A program made the position numbers and the translations under genes. The notes under the pieces are model-generated. The model did not search any database. It was not told the origin of the DNA and saw nothing but the letters and a program-made list of their open reading frames with translations. Positions 11,701 to 26,952 of a stretch of DNA of 64,000 bases are shown one piece after another. How positions within the stretch are numbered: position 1 is the stretch's first letter; every line of letters starts with the position of its first letter. The DNA comes from Dendrobates tinctorius (taxonomy: Eukaryota). The stretch covers positions 27,280,001-27,344,000 of the forward strand of contig NW_027361700.1 of assembly GCF_039654945.1 (NCBI RefSeq), in the 5' to 3' direction.

Positions 11701-14700
11701 TAGGATCTTGGAGATTGGAATAACCCTTTAAGATGAATTTTAGATGCTGCATACGGTGCACTAAACATGCAGTGTCTTACATTTTCTAAAGTGGATGGGA
11801 TTTATTGAAATCTCATGCCTATTGTGCTTTTTTTATTCTGAGCAAACTGATCTGCGGTGCGTGTTTGAAATTTGTAACATATACATTTTTCTTTGCAGGT
11901 ACGCAGATTGTTATGTGCAGATTTTCCCCCATAGATTTGTATTAGATGTGGAAAATCCAAAAATAAAAAATGCTGCGGAAATGCACCTAAAACTGCATGT
12001 AATTCACAAAAGGCTACCAATAAAGTTTGGGTTAAAAGCAAAGCAGCATTATTTAAAATACGACCTACCAAAATGAGACAAAAACACAGCAACAAAACAT
12101 GCTAAAAATGCAAGAAACCTAATTTACCTAATAGGTGCAGAAACTCTGAAAAATATTTGCAACTTATCAAATAAGTTGCCTACAAATAGGTTTCCTAACC
12201 AGGTGTACTATTTAATGCCTGGGTCTGCATCTCCCCAGAGTCATACAAAATATCTTCTACAGCAAAGACTTCCTGATCCTGAATCTAAATATGGTGGCCA
12301 TGGCAGAGGGGCTTGCTTTGCAATGAGCACTAGGGCTGAGTAGGATAATGCAGCCCGCGACCGCTTGCCTACTCTTATATGCATGAGAACATTAGATCTC
12401 CCATTACCTGTTCGAGGAACCGAGCCTCAGCCTCGTTCCTGTTCTTCTCCGCAATGGCTTCATACTGCTCCCTCATGTCATTGAGAAGTTTCATCAGATC
12501 AACGCCGGGCGCGGCATTCATCTCAACAGTGACTTGTCCGGCTTGTGAACCATGAAGAGATCCCATCTCCTGGAAACACCAAAAGGAAAAGCAAAATGTA
12601 ATACCCTCAACATTATGATTTGATGGACAATATGATGATTTCTGCTCATTAGCTTAGCGGTAGAGAAAGTGTGGGAGAACATCATGTAATAGGATAAACC
12701 GCTTGAGATCTATGACTGTAGAGAACATTCCCACTTTCCTGATCTCTTTAGTGAAATATTTTATTCTGGAGCATCTTTTCTTACAATAGTGCATTATACT
12801 GGTCTTCTTTTATTGTTCTGAAAACGTATGCATAAATTGACAACTCGGGATTAACATTACCATTGTCGATGAGGCATGTCCCGCTAAAATTTAACACTGT
12901 TAGCAAAAATTGGACTGTATATATAGGCCACCTACTCATTAGAATAAAGTTGGACAAACCTGCCGATATCGGCAGCACCGGGCAACAGTCTATTGTGTAT
13001 CGGAGCCATCAAACTTTCCACCAAGTTTCCTCGGGCAGTCTGAATTTTCATGGCCAACACTTTTGTTCTTTAGGAGATAAGCCCCTGCCAGAGCCATTTG
13101 GCAGCTGCTTTCTCCACTCTCCCTTTTGAAAACACATGAAAAATCAGCCAAGCTGATTGATAACAAGTATGGATGTCAGAAGAGATTGCTGACGGGAAAA
13201 TGAGCACTCGGCCATCAGCTACCGTATGTGCACGACCGGCTTTGGACTGCATACGAACACACCCAATTGACAATGGTAATAGTTGCTAATGTGTTCTTTC
13301 ATTTCCAGAAGGGATAACAGAGGATCAGCACAATGCTGAATTCTAGAAGAAAATATGCTCTCACATTACATAATAACATTAATTCATACAGTGCATACAC
13401 AGTCATTACATGGGAAATACAAGTATTTATTACACAGTGATGTCATACAGGCTGAAGCTGATGGATCTTCCTTAGATGAATGCCCAAATTTTGTTGGACA
13501 GTAGTGAGAGATATTTTCAATGGACATTAATGACTGTTGCTTGATTTTAAAAGGGAATCTGTCGGCACGTTTTTACTATGTAATCTTAGAACAGAATGAG
13601 ATAGAGGTTAAAATACTGAATTCAACGATGTGTCACTTATCAGGCTGTGTGCTGTTGTTTACTTATAAGGAAGTTTTTTCACTAGGACATTATCATTGCC
13701 CAGACTGGCTGCCTCGTGCCAAGTCATCTGACCACACCCCCTCCTCTGATAAGCAGCTTACTGTCTATAGATGATGTATACAGAGAGCCTGGTGTGGGTG
13801 GGGTTAGCTTTCTCAGTTCTGCTACATGCTACATCTAAGAACTCTGATTGTGTCACAACTGCTGCACCCAGTAAACTAAGTGATATATCACTGGAATCAG
13901 GGTCTATGCCCCTACATTATGCTGCTCTCAGATGAGGTAGGAAAAACCTGCTGACAGATTTCTTTAAACAAAAGCTGGCTTGCCTATCTCTGTTGCTTCT
14001 ATATACATTGAATCGAGTGATAGGGTGAAGAAGAAGCAGTGTTCTTTTCTCCAAATATTGCAACGCTGCACCATTCACATGCCTTTTGTAATACAGCTGC
14101 GATTCTGTTTCTATGCAATACATAGACGTTTTTGTTCCAATCTCATACAATTCCATTAAAGACCACATGAATAGTGTCCTAAATATATCTAATACGTAGA
14201 TGAGAACGCTGCTGCTAAGATTTGGAGTTTCTTATGCCCACTGTAGAATTGGTGCTTGTCTGACACCATCGAGTGGAGAATGTAAATTACAGAGCAATGA
14301 TGAAGCTTTGCAGAATTCCTGCAGAAGTCATGAACAGGCAGGTTTTGGCCATAGATGAAGTTGCCAGAGGGCAGATGTATTTATCTTTCAGATACTTGAA
14401 AACATTTCATTTATTTATTTAAAGGATAATTGCAGATTATGGGATACCATACCAATCATCTTCTATCTTTTATGTCATATTGGAAACACCAACCATACAA
14501 AAGTTCATCACCTATGTAACTTGCTAAATGTACATTGGTGTCTGGAGTATACACAATATCGTAATAAAGGGTGAAACGATCGGTGGCTTGCATAATAGTG
14601 ATCAAAGTTCTGCTGGACATTTCTATCAGTGCAATACTGGCGCCTAATGGGGTTGGTACTGGCATAAAATTGATAGATGTCACTTTACAGAAACATGCTA

Positions 14701-16396
14701 TTCCATATGGGGAAACCTCCTTGAAATTACTATTAAAAATTGCACTTATCTATGGTCTTTTAGAGGGATAGTCTTTTCAGACTGAAAAACCAGGTCAGAA
14801 TCAGGAGAGGTCAACTGAAAGAGGTCATATTTTAGAGAGCTTCCATCTGACAGTAACTGAGGCATTTCCCAGGATATTTTTATCATTTCAAGTTATAGGG
14901 TCAAAATTTTTGCCTCGCTCCAGTGACATAAACAATATGACATGCTGTATAGAGTTCAACTTCTTACCTCTTGGTGGTTCTTTTTCAGATACATCATTTC
15001 TTCAGTAAGGCTTTCAAGTTGTATTTCCAGGTCAGATCTTGTTAAGACCAGTTCATCCAAGACTCTCCGTAGGCCATTAATATCAGCCTCCACACTCTGT
15101 CGAAGAGCTAGTTCATTCTCATATCTGTTGAAGATAACATTTTCATCATTGTGTTGTCAGCTTTGTGAGTTCAAGTGCACCACTTGTCCATTTATACATA
15201 TGTAACCCATATTATACGTATATTACTCACTTAAGTCTGAAGTCATCAGCTGCCAGCCGAGCATTGTCAATTTGCAAAAGAATCTTAGCGTTATCAATAG
15301 TGGCAGCCAGGATCTAAAATACAAGGTGTAAACAATGACTTACTCACCCAAAACCAGAACATGAATGGTTGATGATTCTTTTGCTTCTTTTCGAAAAGAG
15401 GTATGGTATGACAAAACTCTTGCCATCCTTCAAATTGAAAAATAATTAACTGCTACTCCTAAGTGGTCATGACTGAAAGTATCCAGAGAGACAAACTCTC
15501 TGGTACATTTATCAGTGGTTACGATGTTCAAAGTATACTATTTAGTCAAAGACCTTTGTCAACATTATCTCTACAATTCTCATATTTAGTTAAAGTAGCT
15601 GAAACTCCTTTTAGGTTATTCATTGCTTCATACAGTTAAAGGAGGCCTGTTAGATAATTCATGCTGCCCAAACCAGAGCAGACTGTAAACCAGGATACAC
15701 TTAATTTGATTATCTCTAATCCATATTGTGTACAAGTATATGTCTTACCTTATTTCTGAGATCCTCAATAATTGGATCATATTTGCTGTAGTCTGCTGCT
15801 CCATCACCAGTAGTGGAGCCTGGACGTTGTTTTTCATACCATTCTCGGATTTTTTGCTCAAGATCAGCATTAGCCCCCTCTAAAGCTTTGACCTTATCCA
15901 AGTAGGAAGCTAAGCGATCGTTTAGGTTTTGCATGGTTTGTTTTTCATTGCTTGCAAAAATCCCTGAACTGCCTCCACCACCAAATCCTCCACCAGCACC
16001 TCCACCAAATCCTGCACCAGCGCCACCACCAAATCTTCCACCAGCACCTCCACCAAATGCAGCTGCACCTCCAGCTCCTCCACCAAATCCTCCTCCAAAG
16101 CTACCACCAGCACCTCCAGCTAATCCTCCTCCATAACCACCACCAGCACCTCCACCAAATCCTCCCCCGTAACCACCTCCAGCACCACCGCCAAATCCAT
16201 CACCAAATTCATTACCACCAAATTCATTATAGCCAAAATCTCCAAAACCTGCTCCATTCATTATAATTCCTCCTTGCCCACCACCACCAAATCCTCCACC
16301 TCCAATGCCTCCTCCAACTTGCTGAAAGCTTTGTGTTGACCTCCGAAATGAAGCAGAGTTTGAACCACCCAGAGACCTTGCATATTGGGTTGACAT
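8616..16396 (-). CDS. Type I (acidic) keratin gene A, 8 exons, 517 aa; resembles the amphibian KRT12-like / Xenopus 51-kDa adult epidermal keratin group
   Basis: join(complement) 15749-16396, 15231-15313, 14968-15124, 12408-12569, 10401-10526, 10021-10238, 9881-9942, 8616-8713 = 1554 nt, in frame, all introns GT-AG. Gly-rich head; [29 protein letters not shown] and [22 protein letters not shown] motifs; tail [17 protein letters not shown]. Subfamily assignment is from recalled similarity only. Confidence 0.96.
9384..9730. mobile_element. Truncated hAT-type MITE (TAGAGATGAGCG terminus) in keratin A intron 7
   Basis: Terminus similar to the hAT MITEs at 36902 and 48746; other end not found. 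Confidence 0.5.
9881..9942 (-). CDS. Keratin A exon 7
   Basis: 62 nt, [20 protein letters not shown], phase-compatible, AG/GTAAG. Confidence 0.88.
10021..10238 (-). CDS. Keratin A exon 6
   Basis: 218 nt, coil 2B end with helix termination motif, AG/GTAAG. Confidence 0.96.
10401..10526 (-). CDS. Keratin A exon 5
   Basis: 126 nt, SKELKKEIS...[18 protein letters not shown]. Confidence 0.96.
11351..11727. mobile_element. T2/Kolobok-type palindromic MITE
   Basis: TTAA TSD at both ends, AGG...CCT termini, near-complete self-complementarity. Confidence 0.85.
12408..12569 (-). CDS. Keratin A exon 4
   Basis: 162 nt, [30 protein letters not shown]. Confidence 0.96.
13551..13963. mobile_element. T2/Kolobok-type MITE
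   Basis: TTAA|AAGGGAATCTGTC ... GACAGATTTCT|TTAA; related to 41982-42428. Confidence 0.75.
14968..15124 (-). CDS. Keratin A exon 3
   Basis: 157 nt, [32 protein letters not shown]. Confidence 0.96.
15231..15313 (-). CDS. Keratin A exon 2
   Basis: 83 nt, [34 protein letters not shown]. Confidence 0.96.
15749..16396 (-). CDS. Keratin A exon 1 (head, coil 1A, L1)
   Basis: ATG at 16396; 648 nt; donor GTAAG at 15748. Confidence 0.95.
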
Positions 16397-16479
16397 GATG
16401 ATGGAAAAGAGATGGATTGCTCAGTGTAATATGCTGCCCTAATATCGACCAAATGGTAGTGCTGGCAGTGTTTCTATCC

Positions 16480-16504
16480 TTTTATACATAATAATGGTGG
16501 GTGT
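16480..16504 (-). promoter_or_regulatory. Keratin A core promoter: TATAAAA plus upstream ACACCC box
   Basis: ttttata at 16480-16486, about 85 nt upstream of the ATG; gggtgt at 16499-16504. Confidence 0.75.
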
Positions 16505-17529
16505 ATCCTCTTACAGACTTGTGTTAGAATAAATCACTGTTGCGACAGATCAGGAATTTAGTGCCCAGATAAATAATTTATTCCATTTTCTTATGTTCTT
16601 ATCTGCACAAATATTTTAGCCCATGGCTATGTTTATTAAATCAAAAGGATAAAATGGGTGGAGTGTCATTAGACCATCATTATAGTGCTGAAGCCTTTCT
16701 AGGCCTGTCTAAACAGATTATTTATGCCTTATAGTCCTGGATTTTTGCTGAATGTCATTGGAGCTTTGCCAGGTGACCAGGTACCTACTTTCTGCATCCT
16801 AGGTTGCCATTGATCTTTGTCTTTGTTAAGTGTTCTTCTGCCTGGGGATATATAGGTTTTATAACTGAAGAAAGACATAATTCAGCAGACTTCTAGTAGT
16901 ACACACTAGGTGAAAAAAGTTGTGGGTATCTAAAAATGTCTTGAAGTGTAGACAAAGCATGAAAGGAAAATAAGAACCTTCTAAGCCAAAATGATTCTGT
17001 TGGCTAAGTCAACCACGGTACAGTGCGTTGTCTATTACCGACACTATTGTGGCTGCCCCTTCCATTTTTTTTTAGAAAAGAAAAGTAGAACAGTTTGTTT
17101 ATGCTCAAAAAAGTTGTAGTCAATAAAGTTACCAATCCTCTGGCTTGACCTAATTGTTAAGCATGAGACTAATGCTGGCCATGCAAATGCCATACCTGTC
17201 AAGTGAATGCTTGTTGGGCAGACAGCTATCTCTTCTGACTCCCACATAAACATAACTAGTTGGTTTAGCAGAATATTCATGTAGTGGCTCAGCTCCTGAA
17301 CAAAAAGCGGCTGAAGTGCTTAAAGATGTTACCCACCACCAGACAACCAGTTATTAATAGCTTCAGAGTGTTACACTGTGAAAGCTGATTGGCTGCAGCC
17401 TTCACATTTCAGTCCAACCTCAAGAAACACGGTTTTTGGGAAGGTAAGTATAGATTTTTTTTAAATTTATATAGCACCATGGTGTCATAATTAGTGGGCT
17501 GTCCAGTTGTGAAGAAAACCTTTAGGTCC

Positions 17530-18052
17530 TGTGGTACAGTAAAAGGGTGTTTTACTGGATGGGAGATACATTTCTCCCAGCAGATTAATGTTTGGCCGGG
17601 TTTTTCCCTAAAGACAGGACCTGCGATGATGTCATGGTCACGTGATCAGCCCATGTGATGTCTACCTCACCGGTGGGAGGGGTTATGGGCTATGTAATGG
17701 AGGTTGGCATTTGGCACATGGTGAGTGTGTGTCTGGAAGTTACAGGAACTTGGCTGGACTTAGCCTGAACTTGTATACAGGATCCCCGTGCTGCAGGACT
17801 ATAGCAGCAAGACTCTCAACAACCCTGGGAATGGCACCTGGCGGATACCGCAGGACCTGGCAACCGCTTAGTTAAGACCGTCCCATGCAAGGGGTGAGTC
17901 TGGGACCAGTGGTTCTCCAAGCTGGAGTATATTTATGTTTTTCCTTATTTTCTGTTAACCTGCTGTTTGCAAAGTGACATTAAACCACTGAAATTAGACT
18001 TTAAGCCTATTTGTTGCCTCATTACTGCAGCCCTGCCATTACCTACCCTACA
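17530..18052 (+). mobile_element. Solo LTR
   Basis: TGTGGTA...CCTACA termini flanked by GTCC/GTCC 4-bp direct repeat; ATTAAA near the 3' end. Confidence 0.5.
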
Positions 18053-18686
18053 GTCCTTACATTGGCTGCCCATTCATTATAGGATCCAATTCAAAGTACT
18101 TGTTCTCACCCACAAAGCTCTCCACAGTGCAGCACCCCCCCACATCTCCTCCCTCATTTCTGTCTATCGGCCTAACCGACCGCTGCGCTCTCCAAAAGAC
18201 TTTCAACTAACCTCTGCACTAATCCGTACCTCCCACTCCCGACTCCAAGACTTGTCCCTCGCTGCGCCAATCCTCTGGAATGCTCTACCCCAAGAAATTA
18301 GGACTATCCACAATTTGCATAGTTTCAGACGCTCCCTCAAAACACATTTGTTCAGAGCGGCCTATCACGTTCCCTAATCAAAGTCATTCTATGTGTAAGT
18401 GTGCATGTATAGCCCATTTACTATCTCCATCCATCCCTCACTCCCTCAAGATGGCTGGACCATCATTGTAAATACACCATTGTAAATACACACCTGTACT
18501 TTGTATCTCCCCCACCTCATTGCAGATTGTAAGCTCTCACGAGCAGGGTCGTCTCATTTCGTCTTATTTTGCTTTATTTATTGTATTGTTAATGTTGTTA
18601 CTTATGACTTGTGTTTTGAAACTGTTAAACTGTAAAGCGCTGCAGAATATGTTGGTGCTGTATAAATAAAGATTATTATTATTATT
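18053..18686 (+). mobile_element. L2 LINE 3' fragment
   Basis: LHWLPIHYRIQFKVLVLTHKALH...LWNALP...SFRRSLKTHLF, 3' UTR and (ATT)n tail. Confidence 0.9.
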
Positions 18687-19554
18687 AACTACCTGGTCAG
18701 CATATGATCGCTGCAGCCTATCAGCCGTCAAGTGGCCTCCACCACAAGTAAGTACTTTCATTCAATTTCCTATATCTTTTTTAACCACACTGGGACTTTA
18801 TATGAAGTTAAGCCCCCAATATACAGTAGACTAATGTCAGCCAGACCTGCCAACAAAAGGTATTGTCTGACTGACAAATGTGTATCAGAGCCTGGGCAAT
18901 TGATTTTTGAGGGAATTGAAGATCCAACATAATCACTTTCAGACTGACAACCAGACATATCACAGAGAACACAGGAGTGCTCAAGCACTCATTCCTGTCT
19001 ATAGGAGAGACAGCTGGGACAGTTGCTGACTGAAGAGTCGTTCAGACAACAGTCATTTAATGTGTATGGGGGGCTTTAGAGAAAAGTGTGAGAAACCCCT
19101 TTATATTCAATGTGTATGGAGTTCTTCAGCTTGCACTGTGAGAGCTGCTGTTCTCTCACTTCCTCTAGATGTGTGTGATTTCTCTCAATGTAGACAGTAA
19201 AGCCAGGGCTGCAGGGATCGCATGACATAATAATGTCACATGATTCCTGGGAGAGCCAATGCTGACATCACTGGAAAGGCACCATCACCGAAGGTTAGTA
19301 TAGCTGTTATTAATTTACAAGGCAGAAACATAAGGATTGATACGGGGTTGTCCAAGTAGTGGACAACCCCTTTAATGTTTCAGAATATTTTTAGACAATT
19401 GTCTTATCCAACTTTGTGATTCTTTCCTGTTCCAGCTTGATGTGGTTTGATGAGACTGGTGTAGAGGAACTCCATCAATAACCTTTCAGATTAATGAAAT
19501 ATTGTGAACCAGACGAACAATAGTGTCTGACCTCATAAAGGCTTTTTTGACCAA

Positions 19555-20083
19555 ATGTGCAAAAATGTTCCCAGCTGTTCTAGTGTCTGCCATTACTACC
19601 TCTTGTGGTAGGGCATTCCACAGTCTGACTGCTATAACTGTAAAGAACTCTTTCCTATTTAGCTGTCGGAATCGCCTTTCTTCCACAGGTAATGAGTGCC
19701 ATCTGGTCCTAAGTATGGTCTTTGGAAGGAATAAGTCATGTGCCAGTCCTTTGTGCTGACCACACATATATTTATACATGTAATGGAGATCTCCTCTGAG
19801 ATGTCTTTCTAAACTGAACAAGCCCAACTTTTACAACCTCTTATCATATGAGAGGCCTTTCTTCCCTTGTAATAATCTTGTCGCCCGCCTTTGAACTGAC
19901 TCTGATTTCTGAATAATCCTTTTTAAAATGTTGTGCCCAAAACTGGATCCCACATTCCAGATGTGCCAGTGATTTATAAAGGGGAGATAATATGTTGGGA
20001 TCGTGGGATTTTATCTTTCTTTTTGTACACCCTAAAATCTTGTTTGCTTTTGTGGCTGCTATTGACATTGAGTGCTGCTGCTA
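19555..20083 (-). mobile_element. CR1 LINE ORF2 C-terminal fragment
   Basis: AATKANKILGC...PLYKSL...HLE; GLFSLE...RGD...RLWNALPQEVV. Confidence 0.9.
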
Positions 20084-20490
20084 AGGGTACCGTTACACCT
20101 AGCGACTCACCAGCGATCCCGACCAGCGATATGACGCGGTCAGGATCGCTGGTGAATCGCTAGGTGGTCGCTAGTGAGCTGCCACACAGGCAGATCTCAC
20201 CAGCGACATCGCAGGGGACGGGGATTGCTACTTACCTGTCACACTAGGCGATCCTGCGTCCTCCCGCCCGGCTCCACGCCTCGCTCATCGTCACAGCAGG
20301 AAGCGCCGCAGGAAGTGACCGACGAGGAATGGTCCAGGAGCTTCTCGCGTGACCAGCGATAACCAGCGGGGGAGCCGGTCGGAGGTAAGTATCACATGCA
20401 GCGATATCGCTAGAAATATCGCTGCAACGTCACAAAATCGGTGACTTTACAGCGATATTGCTAGCGATATCGCAGTGTGTAACGGGGGCT
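20084..20490. mobile_element. PIF/Harbinger MITE inserted in CR1
   Basis: TAA/TTA flanks, GGGTACCGTTACAC / GTGTAACGGGGGC termini; homologous to 4320-4712. Confidence 0.75.
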
Positions 20491-20513
20491 TTACTTGTAA
20501 CCAGTAACCAGCA

Positions 20514-21396
20514 CATAAATTTGACCTGCAACTATTAAGCATATGATTAGCTATGCAGATTCTAGTCGTGTCACTGCATTGTTACTGTTTTTCTACTAAA
20601 ATCTAAATTTTAATTTTTATTATTTTGTCAGTATTTTATACATCCACCTTTGGTTTTCAGCCTTTCAACACTGAATATGTGTGTCCAGTGGCTGCCAGAG
20701 AACCGGGTGCTGTACACTACGTGACAGTGAGTACCGCACACGCGCTGCCCAAGAGAGACAGCATACGAGACTGACACTTGCACCCTAACCGTTTCTAATG
20801 TTCGACTGTCCACTTTTCAACCTTTTTTGCAAACTCAAGCCAACGCTTCTTGACCTTTTTTCGAGGCACCATTCCAGACATGTGTAACTTGCATCGCACG
20901 TTTCTTGCATGGACATATGGGATCTCACTATTACAAAGCATACAAGCTACCTCAACTGTCGCATTTGCCGCACCAGACTTTGTGATAAGCCAACTTGTTA
21001 ACTCAGATGTTTTTCTTGGACGTCCATCTCTTTGCTTATGAAAGGGTGGATGGACTAGAGTTTGTATTCTTCCAACTGTCATGACACTCACATAATGCAG
21101 TTTGCAATTTTCTTGACCGAGAGACTCCTATCGATGAGCTGGGTGACGCTGTTTCTCTTTTCTTGGGAATTCTTCTTCATGGCTGCTCCTCAATTCAAAC
21201 CTGTGACCTTTCACTTGGGAAAAAAGCCTAATAACACACTGAGCTATTAGGGAATGTGAGAACAGGTTGTATTTTGTAGTATACAGGAAGAAATTTTTTT
21301 TTTCAACCACCAGGAGCAATACAGTAACAATACAGTGACATGACCAGAATCTGCATAACTAATCATATGTTAAACAGTTGCAAGTCAAAATTTATG
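20514..21396 (-). mobile_element. Internally deleted Tc1/mariner-like element
   Basis: TIRs of about 75 bp (CATAAATTTGACCTGCAACT...); remnant peptide SVMTVGRI..GRPRKTS..RKK..KKRWLEFAKK..WTVE resembles a Tc1 N-terminal DNA-binding region. Confidence 0.7.
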
Positions 21397-21469
21397 TACG
21401 AATAACTAAGATAATTGTCTATAAAATGGATGGTTAGATTTGGAGCCTGAAAGTCAAAAGTTCAAAATA

Positions 21470-22400
21470 TTGTTCCCCTTTTGTTCGTCAGTGTGTATCT
21501 CTGCAGGTCATTTCTTATAATGCCCTCAAAAAATTTGCACACTTCTGATGTCAGACTTACTGGATGGTAGTTGCCTGAATCCACTTTCATACCTTTCTTA
21601 AATAGCGCCATGTGAGCCATTCTCCAATCCTGTAGCACCAAAACTGTTACAAGAGAGTCTAAGAATATGAGATACAGCGGTCTGTCAATTACTGAGCTCA
21701 ATTCCATCAATATCCGTGGATGAATGTCATCTTGACCGGGGGATTTGTCAATATTTAATTTGCTCAGACACTGGCATACTTATTCTTGTGTTAAACTTAT
21801 TATATCAGGTGGTGAACTTTGATTTTTGCTTTGTTGAAAGATTCCTGGAACAGACAGTTCATTGGTGAAGGTGAACATGGGTGAAAAGTGCCTGTTTAAT
21901 ATCTCGGCCTTTTCTTTGTCCTCTGTAATTATCTTATTATTTTTGTCTTTTAAGGGGCTAATACCATCAGTTTTTTTTTCATTTTGGCATTGATGTATTT
22001 ATAAATTTTGGGGGGATTTATTTTAAAGTCACTGGCAATTTGTTTTTCTGTAGATAACTTTGCTAGTTTGATTTTTCTTTTTTACATTTCTTATTTAGCT
22101 CTTTATATTCCTGAAATGCTGTATTCTGTATTCTATGCCTTCATGGTTTTGAATGCCATGTCCTTTGTTTTTGCCTTATTAAACTTGTACTATCTTATTT
22201 ATCCGTTAAGGTTTGTTTTTATTCCTGGACATTTCATTGCCTCTCTATTTTCCTTGCATAGCCCAGATTCCCACTAAATCTTCATTAACCCATACTGTCT
22301 CTGGCTACTCTATCTATCCTCTTATTTGCACAACTACGATCCCTCTCCCCAGATCTTATTTTAAAAGCTCATCTATTTGACAATTTTTTCCGCAACCATA
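21470..22400 (-). mobile_element. CR1 LINE ORF2 middle fragment and ORF1/ORF2 junction
   Basis: DWRMAHMALFKKG..DSGNYHPVSLTS.VCK.FEGII motif. Confidence 0.8.
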
Positions 22401-23529
22401 TGTAAGGGAGGGACAGGACTATAGTCGTGACCTGTATTACAGTGGCAGCTGTGTCCAGCCCTTCCCCTACTTGAAAAAATACTATTCTCGTCATACCTGC
22501 AGCTCCAAATTCAGCTTCACCTGGGCACTTCCCAGGCCATAACGGTCCCTCTTCTAGGCAACCCCATCAATGAAGACACAGTCCGAGACAACTATAATAC
22601 TTTCTTTACTTAGGATTTTGCACGTTACATCCACTGTTGGTACATTATAACATTTGCTTGCTTCCTGAACTTTCCCTTGCTTGTTGTCACTTCTGTGCAG
22701 TACATGCCCGGACCGGACCGTACTAGACTGTTTCCAAGTTCCTTCTTGGCCTGACCTCACTATAAAGACATTTCCTTCACCCTGTTTCACCCCAGACATG
22801 AATTCATCAATCGCTATGTTTGGTGACCCCTGGTGAAGCATCCAGCCCGTCTGTACCGATCTCGTTGAAGCTTCAACTCCTTTCATCTCCTTAGTCCAGC
22901 CAACTTCTGCCCTAAAAGCATTAGCCCAGGCAGTAAGACGCCACATCTTCCTTTTCCTGTTCTGACTCACTGCTAAGGCAGGCAGTGGCCGTGGGTGACG
23001 TGGGCAATAACGACTTAACGTTATGTGACTGCTGATCTGTCCGGGCCTATAGTCCATGTGAACACTTGGGCGCCCTGGCCCCGTCTGACTAAACCACTCT
23101 TCATCACTAACCTTAACTCTCAGCAGCCCCTCCTACAATTAACCCTCTATGAACCTCCTATCAGGCCCCACTAGTATACCCCCATCTAGTGGTCCGCAAC
23201 ATAATTACAACTACCCGGGCTATAGGGGAAACGATATACTAAGAGTGCCCTCCTCTAATGTCTCAAGGAGGATACACTAACTTTTCCTGACTGTACATTT
23301 ACCAAGAACACATAATATATATGCAATACTATAATACAGGAATTCAAGGCAATATATTACAGTTCTCTATATAATGGTAACACATTCAAGTGGCATTACC
23401 ATAAGCAATGAGCAGTAATACATAGTTATACATGTAGCAGTACCGCAGGCAATTATCATAAAACACATCTATAAACATAAGACAATCAGATGGAAGGGAA
23501 GCATAAAAGACATATCTTACCCCCTTACA
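22401..23529. mobile_element. Solo LTR (Gypsy-type) inserted in CR1
   Basis: TGTAAGGG...CCCTTACA inverted termini; CATA/CACA 4-bp flanks; CR1-like sequence resumes on both sides. Confidence 0.75.
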
Positions 23530-23660
23530 CACAGCTGCACCCTCCCCATTGAGATGCAGCTCGTCCCTACCATAGAGCATTTAGATGATAGGAAAGTCTG
23601 CCTAGTTCTCCATGAGCGCAAACCCTTCCTCCCTGCACCAATTTCTAAGCCACTTATTTA
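23530..23660 (-). mobile_element. CR1 ORF1 (SGNH esterase-like) fragment; continues at 25299-25417
   Basis: LYGRDELHLNGEGAAV (DxxH esterase motif); split at TA by Tc1. Confidence 0.75.
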
Positions 23661-25296
<1,636 letters not shown>

Positions 25297-25419
25297 TATC
25301 TGCCTAATCTCCCGCTGTCTTTCTAATGATGCTTATGACACCAGGAGTATTTCTGAAAACACCACCTTGGAGGTCCTGGCCTTCAGCTTCTCTCCTAGTT
25401 CCCTGTAATCATTTGTAAA

Positions 25420-26290
25420 GTCATAAAATCATAGAATGGTAGAGTTGGAAGGGACCTCCTGGGCCATCTGGTCCAACCCCTTGCTCAAAGCAGGATTCAC
25501 TAAATCATCCCAGACAGATGTCTGTCCAGCCTCTGTTTGAAGACTTCTATTGAAGGAGAACTCACCACCTCTCGTGGCAGCCTATTCCACTCATTGATCA
25601 CCCTGTCAAAAAGTTTTTTCTAATATCTAATCTGTGTCTCCTCCCATTCAGTTTCATCCCATTGCTTCTAGTCTAGTGCAAATGAGAATAAAGATGATCC
25701 TTCTACAATGTGACAGCTCTTCAGATATTTGTAGACAGCTATTAAGCCTCCTCTCAATCTTATCTTTTGCACTCTAAACATTCCCAAATCCTGCAACCGT
25801 TCCTCATAGGACATGGTTTGCAGACGGGTCACCATTCTGGTCGCTCTTCTCTGAACTTGCTCCAGTTTGTTGATGTTTTTTTTAAAATGTAGTGCCCAAA
25901 ACTGGACACAGTATTCCAGATGAGGTCTGACCAAAGAGGAGTAGAGGGCAATAATGACTTCACGTGATCTAGACTGTATGCTTCTGTTAATACATCCTAG
26001 AATTGTATTAGCCTTTTTTGCTGCTGCATCACATTGTTGACTCATGTTCAGTCTGTGATCTATTAGTATACCCAAGTCTTTTACACATGTGCTGTTGCTT
26101 AGCCCTATTCCTCCCATTCTGTATATGCTTTTTTAATTTTTATTGCCCAGATGTAGCACTTTGCATTTTTCCCTGTTAAAAACCATTCTGTTAGTTGCTG
26201 CCCACTGCTCCAGTTTATTTATATCTTTTTGAATCCTCGCTCTCTTCTCAAGTATTAGCTATCCCTCCTAGCTTTGTATCGTCAGCAATT
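25420..26290 (-). mobile_element. CR1 LINE 3' end (second, younger subfamily)
   Basis: KDLGILID..LNMSQQCDAAAKKAN.ILGCI...LVRPHLEYCVQFW; ATTCTATG-type tail at about 25421-25437. Confidence 0.92.
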
Positions 26291-26438
26291 TTATTCAGTC
26301 CTTCCACCTCACCTCCCTCTAACTTTGCAACTGGTACCAGTTTATACCATGACCGCTGGGTTTTCTCCAGCCCCTCCCAGCAATCTGTCTATCTGATCTG
26401 TAGTATGTTGAACTCAAGCATCCGGCAGACAACACACT

Positions 26439-26952
26439 TATCATGGCTCAGGATGGGATTTCCTTCCCCATCCTGGGTTTGTTGTGGTTAACTCTGTAAG
26501 GCCTCTCTTTGGTTTGGGGAGGGCTATTTTAACCCACTCTTGAACCAGGCTCTTTGCCAGTGATACTTCCGTTCTCGGCTGAGCAGCTGACCCAAGTGAT
26601 ACTTGTGTATACCGTTTGTTCCTCTGTGTGCTTGTACTGTGTATGATTTGGCATGTCCCTCATTTTGTGTCTGCCTTGTAATTCTGTACCTCTTAAATTT
26701 CTCCGGTTCTGACCCTTGGCTAGTTTTCTGACTTCCCCCTTGTCTGTGCCCCTGGTTACTGTGTTCCTGTCTGGCTTCTGACCTCGGCTTGTACTGCACT
26801 ATTCTCCTGTCTCATCACTAAGATCCTGCGTTACCCTCCGGTTACTGATCTCAGCTAGTCTGACGTTTCTCCCGGCGCTGCCAGCTCTCGATCTCACTCT
26901 CTTTCCTGTACGGGGGTTAGCTACACCTCAAGCCACTGCCCCGGTGATCACA
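26439..26952 (+). mobile_element. Probable solo LTR
   Basis: T(A)TCATG...GATCACA ends; TATTTTAA box and repeated CTGACCC(T)TGGCT motifs typical of frog Gypsy LTRs (recall). Confidence 0.4.

Noticed and set aside
15922-16266. Pro-rich, His/Gln-rich and Val/Glu-rich ORFs (also at 47328-47677 and 62851-63246)
   Set aside because: Antisense or alternative-frame shadows of the Gly-rich keratin head exons.
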